From Somniosus microcephalus (Eukaryota), in assembly GCA_052327205.1 (NCBI GenBank), contig CM126218.1:69812001-69876000 (forward strand): a DNA stretch of 64,000 nt. Direction: 5' to 3'. The notes under the pieces are model-generated. The model saw nothing but the letters and a program-made list of their open reading frames with translations. It had not been told where the DNA came from and made no database searches. The translations under genes were made by a program, and so were the position numbers. Positions 12,373 to 24,494 of the stretch are shown here, piece after piece (position 1 is the first letter of the stretch; the number at the start of each line of letters is the position of its first letter).

Positions 12373-14271
12373 ATGGAGATCAAAAATGAAATGCTCAAGT
12401 TCAGCAATATGGAAATGCAGGGTGCGGTACTCAAATTATTCAACATCATATTACGTTCAGGCTGTTTTCCCGATATCTGGTGCCAAGGACTAATCTCCCC
12501 CATATATAAAAGTGGAAACAAATCAGACCCAAATAACTACCGCGGCATCTGTGTCAACAGTTGTCTAGGGAAGTTATTCTGCAGTATTCTAAATAGTAGA
12601 TTACTTGATTTTCTTAACAAACATAATATCCTCAGAAAAAACCAAATAGGCTTTCTTCCAAAACACCGCACCGCCGACCATATCTATACCCTTCACACCC
12701 TCATTGAAAAACATATACACCAAACAAAAAATGGGAAAATATTCGCCTGTTTCATCGACTTCAAGAAAGCCTTTGACTCTATATGGCACGAAGGGCTCTA
12801 TTATAAACTTCTTCAGTGTGGAATAGGGGGCAAAGTCTATGACCTTATTAAATCAATGTATCTGAAAAACAAATGCGGGGTCAAAATTGGAGACAAACGC
12901 ACCGATTTCTTCACCCAGAGAAGAGGCGTCCGGCAGGGCTGCAATTTGAGCCCGACCCTGTTCAACATATACATAAATGAATTAGCAGACATGCTGGAGC
13001 AAAGCGAGTCACCAGGTCTCCGTCTCCTGGATGGAGAAGTGAAATCCCTGTTCTATGCGGACGACCTGGTCCTGCTGTCTCCCACAGAACAGGGATTACA
13101 GCAACAACTAGACCTACTCGACAAATACTGCCAAAATTGGGCTCTAACAGTAAATCTAAAAAAAACCAACATCATGATTTTTCAAAAAAGGCCCAGATGT
13201 CAGGAAAACAAATACCAGTTTACCCTCCGTGATACCACTATAGGACACACTATGAGCTACACCTACCTTGGTCTAACTATTACAGCATCAGGGAGCTTCA
13301 ACATAGCAGTGAATGCACTAAAAGAAAAAGCCCGAAGAGCCCTATATGCAATAAAAAGAAAATTCTACAACATCCAAATCCCAATCAAAATCTGGCTCAA
13401 AATATTTGACAGCATAATCCTGCCCATTGCACTGTACGGTAGTGAAGTATGGGGCCCGCTAAATCACCAAAGCTACACCAAATGGGAAAAACACACAATA
13501 GAAGCCCTACATGCAGAATTCTGCCGAAGCATCCTTCGCATCCAAAGAAAAACGCCAACAAATGCATGCAGAGCCGAACTAGGCAGATACCCACTGATAA
13601 TAAACATCCAAAAACGAGCACTAAACTTCCTAAATCACCTCAAATCTAGCTCCCCAGACACCCTTCATTTCAAAGCATTTCAGACCCAAGAGCTAAACCC
13701 AGAAAAGAGTCCCCTGAGTCAGCTGCTACTGAAACTAAGTACTCAGCCGGACCCTGACCAACCCCAGACCAACACAGCCGTCCAAACACCAATCCGAGTG
13801 AACCAAATCATTAAACAATGCAAAGAAACCTACCTGGAACATTGGAACAAAATAACCGAAAGCCAAAGCAGATTAGAATGTTACCGGGCCCTAAAAAGAG
13901 AATATAAACTGGCAGACTACCTCACGACCATCAGAGACACAAAACAGAGACAGACCCTCACCAGGTACAGACTAAGCGACCACCAACTGGAAATTGAAAA
14001 AGGCAGATACAAGAAATCCTGGCAGCCTAGAGAGAATAGAATATGCGATCAATGTCTGGCCGGCGAGGTTGAAACAGAAATGCATTTCCTCCTAAAATGC
14101 GAAAAATTCAACACATCAAGAAACATATTATTCAACAAGCTAAGCCAAACAACCCCAGATTTCAAGGAATTGGATGACCTGTCAAAATTGAGATTAGTCC
14201 TAGGAGAAGGAGACAGACCATACCTTGGGGCCAAATATGTAACAACATGTCACAACCTGAGGACTGTTTAA
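12373..14271 (+). CDS. Reverse transcriptase plus C-terminal Zn motif of the LINE (endonuclease lost by truncation)
   Basis: NYRGI, FIDFKKAFD, GVRQGCNLSPTLFN, LFYADD, YTYLG motifs; no stop or frameshift in 632 codons. Confidence 0.9.
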   Translation: MEIKNEMLKFSNMEMQGAVLKLFNIILRSGCFPDIWCQGLISPIYKSGNKSDPNNYRGICVNSCLGKLFCSILNSRLLDFLNKHNILRKNQIGFLPKHRTADHIYTLHTLIEKHIHQTKNGKIFACFIDFKKAFDSIWHEGLYYKLLQCGIGGKVYDLIKSMYLKNKCGVKIGDKRTDFFTQRRGVRQGCNLSPTLFNIYINELADMLEQSESPGLRLLDGEVKSLFYADDLVLLSPTEQGLQQQLDLLDKYCQNWALTVNLKKTNIMIFQKRPRCQENKYQFTLRDTTIGHTMSYTYLGLTITASGSFNIAVNALKEKARRALYAIKRKFYNIQIPIKIWLKIFDSIILPIALYGSEVWGPLNHQSYTKWEKHTIEALHAEFCRSILRIQRKTPTNACRAELGRYPLIINIQKRALNFLNHLKSSSPDTLHFKAFQTQELNPEKSPLSQLLLKLSTQPDPDQPQTNTAVQTPIRVNQIIKQCKETYLEHWNKITESQSRLECYRALKREYKLADYLTTIRDTKQRQTLTRYRLSDHQLEIEKGRYKKSWQPRENRICDQCLAGEVETEMHFLLKCEKFNTSRNILFNKLSQTTPDFKELDDLSKLRLVLGEGDRPYLGAKYVTTCHNLRTV

Positions 14272-14491
14272 AATTAAGACTGTTTAAAATTAATATTGAA
14301 CGTACCAAATGAAGTACAAAGACTGTTTAAAATTAATATTGTCTAAAAGTAATATTGTATGTACCCAACAAATGTCAAATCGAGTGACACCTACAGAATG
14401 TTGGAAAACTGTACCTTTTTGCTATGTAAGCTTTGGCAATATGGTTCTCTGTAAACTTTCATGCCAATAAAGCATTTGAATTTGAATTTGA
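12373..14491 (+). mobile_element. 5'-truncated non-LTR retrotransposon, probably RTEX clade, sense to the host gene
   Basis: Open 632-aa RT frame followed by a 3' UTR, AATAAA (14466-14471) and an (ATTTGA)3 tail. Clade call from remembered motifs (CRAELGRYPL, RLSDHxLxIExGR, C-terminal CxxC...HFLLxC). Confidence 0.88.
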
Positions 14492-15399
14492 TAAGACCAA
14501 AAAGCATGAAGTACAAAACTGCTGTTTGGTCCATCAAACTGTAGAAACTGCTCCACAATATCAGCAGAATTTTTTTGTCCGGGAGTTACAGCAGAGATCA
14601 CACAACCATTTTTGGAACCATTTCTACAATGCAAGTTCATTAGTCAGCTGGATGGATGACGACTGTGGTAGTAAGCCAGTCATACAGAGTCACTATACCA
14701 TATACTGCAGCAGAATGGGATTGGGTGTGTACACATGTTGGCTCACTCCACCCAGATTCAGAATGGATCAACAGGCTGTTTCATTTTACAGCAGTGCATA
14801 GCTGAAAATGAAAATGTCGACACATACTGGCAATAGAACATAATTGCTCTTTTTATATTGAAATTACTAGCACAGCAGATCATCTTTGGTATTGTGTGGA
14901 TGGTCCCTGCTCGTGGTCTTACTGTGCCTGTAACCAAAGTGGACTAAATTGAAATGCTTGAGCACGCAGCAGTACTTGCGCGCTTATAGTAATGGAAATC
15001 CAGTGCTATAATGTCACCCAACTGGACAGACACCTTCGAACCAGTAAACTCCGAGTTGACCCCCCCCCCCCCCCCCACCTTGACGAAGCTCATCGTTTCT
15101 CTTTATCCATATTCTTTTATTTATTGTGATGTCTGATATCTTCGTGGTCTTTTTGCAACTTTTCCTGTACCTGTTGACTGATTTTATTTTTTGGACTCTT
15201 AGTCACTTGTTAGAGCACAGGTTTTCACACTTTGGGAACTCGTGGGGTTTGGGGGTCTTGCATGTCAGGATGTTGGTGTGCTCAGTCGTCTTCTGAGTTA
15301 TATTGCCACTCAGGCATTGATTTGGAACCCAAAACCACTTTGCATTGATGCGCGAGCAGCCGTTGTGTTGTGTTGTGGACCCAGATTATAGTATGCAGA

Positions 15400-15882
15400 A
15401 ATAACAACAGAAAACGCTGGAAAAACTCGGCAGGCCAGGCAGCATCCGTGGAGAGAGGAAGAGAGTTAACGTTTCAGGTCTGGGACCCTTCATCAGAACT
15501 GGAAAAAGCTGGAGATGTAACCGATATTAAGCAGGCGCAGAGACGGGACGGGATGAAGGAACATGCAGTGCTTTTGTAAGAGACAGAAAAGATTAAATGT
15601 TGCAAATGGGAACGGCAAAATCATACAGCATGAAAAATGGGGGCAGGAGTTATAGTCTGAAATTGTTGAACTCAATGTTGAGGCCAGAAGGCTTTAAACT
15701 GCCTAATCGAAAGATGAGGTGCTGTTCCTCGAGCTTACGTTGAGCTACATTGGAACAATGTAATAGGCCGAGGACAGAGCGATCAGAGTGGGAGTGAAGC
15801 GGTGAATTAAAGTGACAGGCGACCGGAAGCTCAGGGTCACCCGTACGGACTGAACGGAGGTGTTTTGCAAAGCGGTCGCCCA
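15400..15882 (-). mobile_element. Penelope-like element 3' fragment with 12-bp TSD
   Basis: Encodes a GIY-YIG C-terminal region (GDRFAKHLRSV...PVACHFNS...RKLEEQHLIFRLGSLKPSGLN). Flanked by atagtatgcaga at 15388-15399 and 15883-15894. Confidence 0.88.
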
Positions 15883-16855
15883 ATAGTATGCAGATTGGGC
15901 ATACAAGGCTATGTCACAATATCACCGTACAGTGTTACTGGTTTATCAGCCCCTTCATCTTTCAGAAGTTGATTGTAGAGTTAATTGTGTGTAATTTTTT
16001 CGAGCCATTCGTATTGCAGTTACAGAAATGCAGGTGAGCTTCTTTTCCTGGAAGAGGAGTCAGTCTGGGGTTCCTTGCGTGTCTGTTTGTGATTACAGGG
16101 TGGCATTGACATGGGTTAAGTGATCTAATGTCCTGCCATGCTCTCTTAGGCTGTGCTGTATCAGGCAATGTTCATGGTACTTGGGGGCAAGGCAAAACTC
16201 CGAGGTTTTACTAAATCCAGTTTTACTGAGTGATTTCTGCGAATTGTTGTATGTACCTAGCTGAACTTGACTGATGTCTGACCATGGCTACTTCAATTTG
16301 GTGGGGAAGAAGGAGGTGCCTGATAGAAGTTACTGCTTCAAAATATTTATCCTTAATATTTTGTGGTTAGGAAGAGGGAGTTTGAAATGTGTCAACTTAT
16401 GGAACATTTTTTTTGGTGCCTATCTGATTTTTGCAAAGCAACTTGAATAATGTTTCGATGTGTGGAGTAAATACAAGAGTAAATACAATTCTATTAGAGG
16501 GAGCCAGTTAATACTGGTTCAGTAAGCTGAGGACAGGTCTTTTTTGTTGTAAAATGACCATTGCCAATCATAAGTAGCACTTGGCTTTTCTCTGTAATGA
16601 ATAAGTTTCTTTGTTACTTGCTTAAACTTCTGTGTGTTTCTAAGTAGCTCTGAAAGTGCACCAATCTTCTTGGAGCTGCCTGTTGTAGTTCTAGAAATAG
16701 ACTCGTAAACTTAACGGAGTCCTAGAATCCAGCTTTAAATGGCCTGACATTTTGTAAGGAAATTTTGTTTTTAAAAATCTTGCAAAATTGGATCCTGATA
16801 GATTAGTTTTGACTGTTGAAGGTGCTAATAATTCTGTACCTGAGCCAAATCTGAG

Positions 16856-16906
16856 ATGGAGGATTGGGAAGGAACCTTTGCAGCTTTTGAAGTCCCTCAC
16901 TGGAGG
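16856..16906 (+). CDS. AHCYL2: AHCYL2 alternative first coding exon, MEDWEGTFAAFEVPHWR
   Basis: Strong Kozak gagATGG, 17 codons, phase-0 donor AGG|GTGAGT compatible with exon 2. Aligns with the recalled human short-isoform N-terminus MEKWDGNEGTSAFHMPEWM. Confidence 0.85.
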
Positions 16907-17659
16907 GTGAGTGATGTAAAGTCTTGTACCGTACAAGTTTTATTCTGTAAAATTAATTAATTAATCTGTAATAACCTACCTGGTGGGTAATAAATGGTTA
17001 ACAACCAAACCATGTGGTGTTACTAGGATTTCTGTGAAGAGTGGGAGTGGTGAAATGTTCATTCCATATCCACTTGTACTGTGAAAAACACCTAGCAGTA
17101 CAATTCTAGATTTTGGGTTGTGTCTGGGAGAGCATTTTAAACGATATAGCAATAGGCTTCGGTTCAAACAGTTATGGTCTTGTCACTTGTGAGGATGAGA
17201 GCAGTTTGATGTGATGAATTAAGGACATTACAGAAGAAGTAAATTGTTGAACATTAAAGTGTATTGGTTGAAGTTTTTCTGTCGGATATTAATATGCTTA
17301 AAAAGCTTAACAGCTGCATTGTGCCTTCTGCCCTCACAAATGGGAGACATTAACTGGACACCATGGGTAAAAGAAAATGTGTTGCAGAAGTGAGGCACCT
17401 GCTTTCTGTTTGTGCCACATATTGGCACTGAGTTTTTGCAAATTGTATATCTTTGTGCCATATAATTAAAAAGCATGCAACTATTTTTGATAGTGCATTG
17501 CCTCTTACATTTAGGTGTGAGACCACCAACCATTTGCAGATTTGATGAGGGATGATGATCTGCACTTGGTGACTAACTAGGTCCTCCTTAGGGGTAAGTG
17601 GGATTTTACCCACAAGTGGGCTCTCTTTGGGTTTAAGGTGGAACCTCCTTTTCCTCAAT

Positions 17660-18590
17660 TGTGTGCTGCCCCCTTGGCAACATTATCCACAGACATGGGG
17701 TCAGTTTCCACATTTATTCTGATGATGATGTCCAGCTCTGTGTCCTTTCTCAACCCTCCCATTGTCCTGTGCTGTCAAACTGCTTGTCTGACATTCCGTT
17801 TTGGCTGAACAGCAGTTTCCTCCAGCTACGTATTGGGAAGACCAAAGCCAAGGTCTTTGGCTCCTGCCGCAATCCCAGTACCCTTGCAGCTGAGTCTACC
17901 CCCTCCCCGGCCACTGGCTCAGGCTGGACCAGACTGTTTGCAGCCTTGGCGTCCTATTTGATCCTGAGTGGAGCTTTCAGTCCCATGTCCTCTCCATCAT
18001 AAAGACTGCCTACTCCCTCCTCCATAGCATTGTCTGTTTCTGCCCTTACCTCAGCCCATCTGCTGCTGAAACCATGATCGATGCTTTTGGCACCTTCCGA
18101 TTCGACTGTTCCATTGTCCCGCTAGCCGGCCTCCCATCCTCCACCCTCTGTACACTTCAGCTCTTCTAAAATTCTGCCACTGTATCCTATCCCGCTCACC
18201 CATTACACCTGTTCTCACTCCGCAGCATTGGCTCACGGCCCCCACAACACCTTAAATTTAAAATTCTTAGCACGTTTAAATCCCTTCATGACCCCATCTA
18301 TCTCTTTGCTCACCAGCCCGACAATTCCTGCTCCTCTGAATCTGGTGCCTCTGCATCACCACCCCCCCCCCCCCCCCCCCCCACCAAATCATTGGTGGCT
18401 GTGCCTCCAGCTGCCCAAGCTCCACTCAGGAATCCCCTCCCACCTCCCTCTCCTCCTTTAAGACCCTCTTTAAAACTCACCTCTCTGGCATAGAATCCAT
18501 TTTCCCCTTATGCCTCTATGAAGCACCTTGGGAGTGTTTTTCTATGAGAGACGCTATACAACAACAATTTTCATTTATGCAAGTCCATGT
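17660..18590 (+). mobile_element. L2-type LINE 3' fragment (more decayed pieces at about 22750-23270 and 55690-56130)
   Basis: PLGNIIHRHGVSFHIYSDD..QL, FLQLRIGKTK, then L2-like C-terminal region and tail. Confidence 0.8.
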
Positions 18591-21415
18591 TGTTTGATTT
18601 TTTAGCTCTCCTGACTCAAGATGATTATTACTGTAGCTAATTCTAATGGGAGACCTCCTCCCAAGTGCGTTGAAGTAAGTTTTCTACTGCTGCCTGTTGT
18701 GTAGTCATATGCAGCATGTGATGAGATGTACTCAATTAATTTTTTTCTCATTGGGGAGTATCAAATGCTCAGCAGTTATATGAATTAAAATATTCAAGTG
18801 CATGTCACGTTAACTTTTTTTCCTCAACAGCGGTAGTGAGCTCTAGGCTCTCTTTCACTTGCATGCAAGTCATTATAACTCTATTTATAATAGTTGTGGT
18901 TATTCTGAAAGAGCAGCTGTAACTGATGATTAGAGAGCTTTTCTACGTCCTCACCCTCTGAGCCAAGTGGTTGTGGGTTTGCTTGGGAGGGGAGCAAGTC
19001 TTGATGAGGATGTTTTCTTATGGCTAGTTTAGTTTCTGAAGATAGTCTATGGTTTTTTTTTCTTTCATCCTCTTCCCCTCCTGAAGATAATTGACTTTGT
19101 GTGGGTGTAGTTCTACAGAGACTAGATGCCCATTGATATCTTGCCCAGGTAACTATTAATGATTCATATGCTAGACCATGGTGTCTGTTGGATTATTCAA
19201 ATGCTGTGAAAATCACAACTGAATTTGATCCTGCGCAAATCATTTGCACCCTTTTAACAGGATTTGCTGGATAGTGATCACGAGCAGGACTTTTAAGACC
19301 TGGAAACAACTTTGATCACAACAGTGGCAAAAACTCATTGAACCGAAAATTGATCCCAAAAACTAAGACGATAATACAGCCTTTGTTAACCAGAGTAGAA
19401 TATATTTCTGTAATCCATAGCCATTTTTTTAAACAGCACTGGGCTTTTTGGACAGCGGGGGTCTGATGTCAACTGTAGTTTTTGGGAAAGAAGGAAGGTG
19501 AGTTAATGGACGCAATCTCGGTTTCCTCCCACATAAACGACATGTTCAGTCTGTATAGGATGCACTGCGTGGTATTACAGTACACAGACAAAAAGACTCT
19601 GTGTTTGACCTTGGTCTATGCTAAGTTTGCTGATATCAGCTGGTTCAGCAGTTAGGAAGCGAAAATTCACCTCCAGGTCCAGGATATATAGAGAGAAATA
19701 TTAGCTGGGACCCTGTTTTTTTTACCTCTAACAATTCAGGTCAGGAGAAGTCTGATTCAGCTGTGATACTTTGCCATTGAATAGTCTGCTGGTACTCACT
19801 GTCTGCACTCAGACATGAAGAATGGCCGGAGATGGGGAAAGAAGGTTGTTGGTACCTTTGGGGCTACACCCCTGCAAGAATCTGCACCTCCAGGAGAGAA
19901 GGGATAATGCCTGTGGGTTTTATTCACTTGCGTTCCCAGTGCCCCTGCCATTTATTATATATTTTTTTAAGTACAGTGTGATTACAGGAATATAATCCTC
20001 TAGTTAACAAAGGTTGCACTGTATTCTTGGGATTAGTGGGATTCAATTTTCAGTTCACTCTGTTTTTGCTGGTGAGAGCCTGATTTATAATTGGAATTTT
20101 TCCCAAGTATTAAACTCCTTGATTAAGTATGAAGGCAGAACTTATACTTTGAGGGCCAAATCTATTGCCAATATTCACTGAATCATTTTTATTTTTACAA
20201 ATGTTGGTAACTAGCTTCTTGATTGGGTATCTAATTCTCCTCCTGATAGTGAACCTCTTCTGTGGATAATGCCTAGTTTGATCACTGCCTTCCTCTCGCC
20301 AGCAGAACCAGAATTGTTGCATCCCCAGTCTTGGGATGATGAGCATTACTCCAATAGTTTTGCAATAGATGGGCTTGGTTTTCTAATGGAAAGAGCATTC
20401 CTGTATTTGTGGGCTACTTGCTACATTAACATTTTTTCCCTTTAGTTTTTTTTCTGTTGATAGCTTCACTAGCACAGGTTCAGTTCCAGAATACCCTGTT
20501 GACCTCTGTTGATAGAAAATGGTACTGCAATCAAATAGTTTTTACCTCATTCACTTAAGTTTGATCTTTTTGCAGATGTCCTGGGCTTGGCTTGAAGTGG
20601 CCAGGCTGTGGTCTGAGTATTACTGTACCAATGCCCCAAATACAAGCTCATTCCCTTCATAGACCTGGATACTGTTGCTTAAAATAATTTTTTCCCCTCT
20701 TTCCCCATCCTCTTTTTTGGAGAACAGTAAAGGAGAGAACTGATCTGCTTAACCAACTTTACTCTGGTTCTAACCCTGAAGTTTGTTAATTTCCAATTCA
20801 CACTTGCTTAAACATTGTTCCAATATTGCTTAAAGGTGCTTGCACTTTTGGGACTGTTGGCTTCCTGTGATGAATCCTGTGTAGTCCTTTGGCTTGCAGT
20901 CCCTAAGATTGTTACAAGGCTATTTAATTTGGATGAGTCATTTTAGTATTTGAGGGAAATGACTTGGTACACAAATCTTCCTTTTATTACTGTTTTTAAA
21001 GCTAGTTGATTGTTAAATATGTTTTGACAGTATCTGCCAGTTTTAAAATAAATTTGATCAAAGCTAATAAAATTGCACCAGCAATAATTTCTAGTTCTAG
21101 CAGTGCAGCTGATCATCTTGCAAGTTTCCCTCCAATTAAGATTTCATGGATGCTGGTGGAACAATGTCATTAGTTGTTTAGACTGAAAACCATTTAACAG
21201 CTAAACAATTGCCCCATTAATTCTTTGCAGATAAGCATTGTTAATTGGTCTGGGAGGTCACTTTCTAAAAAGCTGCACTAATCCAAGTCCTAAAAGCAAC
21301 GTTGGTAAGTTTGAAAAGTGCACTTGAGGCTGAGCGAGGACTGGACAGAACAAGAGTGCAAATGTATGGATAGCGCTGATTATCAGTAGGTGACTGAGCT
21401 GCCGTGTAACCAACA

Positions 21416-21484
21416 ATGTTTAACAGCAAGGCGTTAACCAACAAAGGGAAGAACAATGCGACCTCTAACCCTATTCCCAAGCAG
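21416..21484 (+). CDS. AHCYL2: Candidate AHCYL2 alternative first coding exon, MFNSKALTNKGKNNATSNPIPKQ
   Basis: acaATG, 23 open codons, phase-0 donor CAG|GTACGG; no recognisable repeat, locally CpG-retaining. Confidence 0.6.
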
Positions 21485-24200
21485 GTACGGAGGGTGAAAC
21501 TGCACTTGGTTGGCTGAAATTGCTTGGATGTGTTGTAGAATGATTTTAGGGTGGTCTTTTTGGACCATGTTCATAGTTGTATTGTACAGAACAGGAATAT
21601 AGCAGTATCAATCCAAACTTTTCATTTCTTAGTATATGAAAAGGTTTTTCTGCTGAGCTTTCTAATTCTATGTGGTTCACAGCAATGTTGTTTTAGTCCC
21701 AGAAACCATTTTAGTTTTAGACTCTTTGGATATTGAGTTTTAGTCTTGGTATATTTATAGTGTTCAGAGGACATTTAGTTTTAAACATATTTTTTGTTCC
21801 CAAATTTTAATTGTCTTTTAGTCCTGGAAAATATTTTAATCAGAACATTTACTTTCTGCTTTTGATATTAGTGTTGTTTTTTCAGGATTTTCTTAATTTA
21901 TATTTCAAAACATATCAACTGTTTCACTTCTCAAGTCACAAAAATGTGGACTATTTAACTGGTGTTCTAGTCCTAGAAATAATTTTAGTCTAGTTATACT
22001 TCTCCAAACCTATTCAGTTTTATTCAATTTTTAATTTTCATAATTTAATCCTAAATTTAGTTTGTCAACAATATATCTTCCTTACTTTAGATGACACAAA
22101 CCACACTGGTTTACAATTATCATGATACAAACGAGGAGAAGCAGCAGTTGTGTTTTTTATTTTGCTGTGTGTGTCTGTACCAGGCAGAGCATTGGCCCAT
22201 ATCCATGTCGCTGTACCAGGCTGGAGTCTCCCCTCAATATCCACGTGTCTGTTTTTGTTTTGGCCACAGGGGCTTGGACAGATCAATTTATTCATTTTTT
22301 TTATTCCTCAATGTTTCTTTTGCAAGTTTTCCTCATTTAATATCTCCTTTTCCTCACTCGGTCAGTTGAAGAATGGCGCCTCTGACAGTGCAGCAACCCC
22401 TCAGTACTGCACTGGAATATCAGCCTACATTATGTGCTCAAGTTGTGGAGTGAGGCTTGAACCTGTAGCTTTCTGATTTGGGTGAGCGTGCTATCAACTG
22501 AGCCAAGATAAATCATACCCACGTTATCTTGTTACTTTTTGCGTTGGTGTGCACCTGAAACCAATCCACATCAACGCAACTGAGGCAGTGTCGCTGCTGC
22601 ACAAGACGCATTTAAGACTTGGTGTTCTTGCCTTTGTGATGTGTGATGGGATTTTTTTTGTGTATTATGTAGATACTTTTAAATCAGAATTAATATGCCG
22701 TGCTATTTCTGTATGCTGGAAATAGTGGGCTGAGCATGGTGGTATGCAGCCTTGTCGCACTGCTTAACCCTGAGCTGTCCCATTGCCACGGGAGTTTTGT
22801 TGCAATTCCAGAACATTACCCACTTGGCCTCCTTTCTTACTCCCTCCACTACTGAAACACTCATCCCCACCATCACCTCGAGGATTGATTTCTGTAATGC
22901 ATTCCTTTCTAGCCCCCTCCTTCTCTGCTTTTCACACATTCTGGATAATCCAGGGCTCTGCTTCCTGAGTCCTCCTCTTCACAAAGCCCCATCTTCACCA
23001 AGCTCCACTGACTCCATGTGCTCCACCAAATTAGCTTCAAGACCGTTCTCGTTGTTTTCCGACCTCTCTGACGCCTCACCTCACCATATATGGGAAACCA
23101 GTTTTCCAGCTGCACGGCATATCCCGCACCCCCTCTTCCTCTGGCTCCAGATTGTTGATCATCTCCTGTCCTCCAGGACACACTCTACCAGAAGCACTCC
23201 TAAATTCATTATTCCCTACTTGCCGTCTGCCTCTCCTCCTTGTAACGTGCTCTTCAGACATTCTTTTACACCAGGAAGATTACGTCAATGTAATTTGTCA
23301 CTAAACTGTTTTCCCACTGATTAGGATCTCTTCACCACAGGGTCATAATTTAGCAACAACTTGATTGTAAACTGGCTGCTGAATTGTCTCGGGAGGGCTG
23401 GGTGTGGTTGTATTATTTCACTGACCAATGCAACCTATTTTATCTGAACAGTAATTGTGATGCGTTTAGTGCCGTTTCTTGACACAAAAGGTGGAATCTC
23501 TGTTGATGGTTTTTTCCTTCTCCATCCTTTTTGCCATCCAGGCATTGCAATTTTGAGGGGAATGGGGGGAGAGGCGTATAACCATGCGTCTTACTCGAGG
23601 CTGGGGATTAAAAGAGGGCAATGACTGAAATGTGAAAATCATTATGAAAAATTATTGCAGATTTCAGTATTTATACTGATCCTCTGGAAGGTCAGTAATC
23701 CTGTAAATGTAGCTTTGTTTTAACCTGGTAATATATCATGGATTCCTCGTGATTGATCGGCATCAGCACTGACGATTTCTGGATTTCTTCTTGGTTTATT
23801 AGCTGGTTAAGGAGGGCAGAAAAGTTGTTCCTGCAGCTCTGTCAATGCTGCTGTGTAACCAGTGGGTAGGTATGAAGGAGCAGGAGGGGATTACTGTCCT
23901 GATAATTAAAAAAATATATACCTGTGTATATATTTTACCCTCTCTTGTGGCAGAATGGCCTCCACTCATCACCTGTCTGCCCCCACCCCCTCCAAGTGGT
24001 AACAGCAATGTTGTGCACTTACCATATCGGGGAAGTGCTAGCCAGATCCCACACCTACCCACCATATGGCATGGTGCATTGGTTGAGCCAATACACTGTG
24101 CAACCCAGTTAAGTTGTTTATAAACACCGGTAAACATGCTGATCCCAGATTCTTGAAACCAATCTACAGTAAATACCCTTTCCATTTTTCTTATGAATAG

Positions 24201-24494
<294 letters not shown>

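Noticed and set aside
12373-14271. Domesticated host gene
   Set aside because: It retains a LINE 3' UTR and tail and is 5'-truncated in mid-ORF; intactness is better explained by young age.
15060-15077. Poly-C runs (also about 18363 and 45165) as functional G-quadruplexes
   Set aside because: Simple homopolymers with error-prone length and no supporting context.
17545-17599. Donor GGG|GTAAGT as a coding first exon
   Set aside because: In-frame stop just upstream with no ATG after it; at most a non-coding exon, unsupported.
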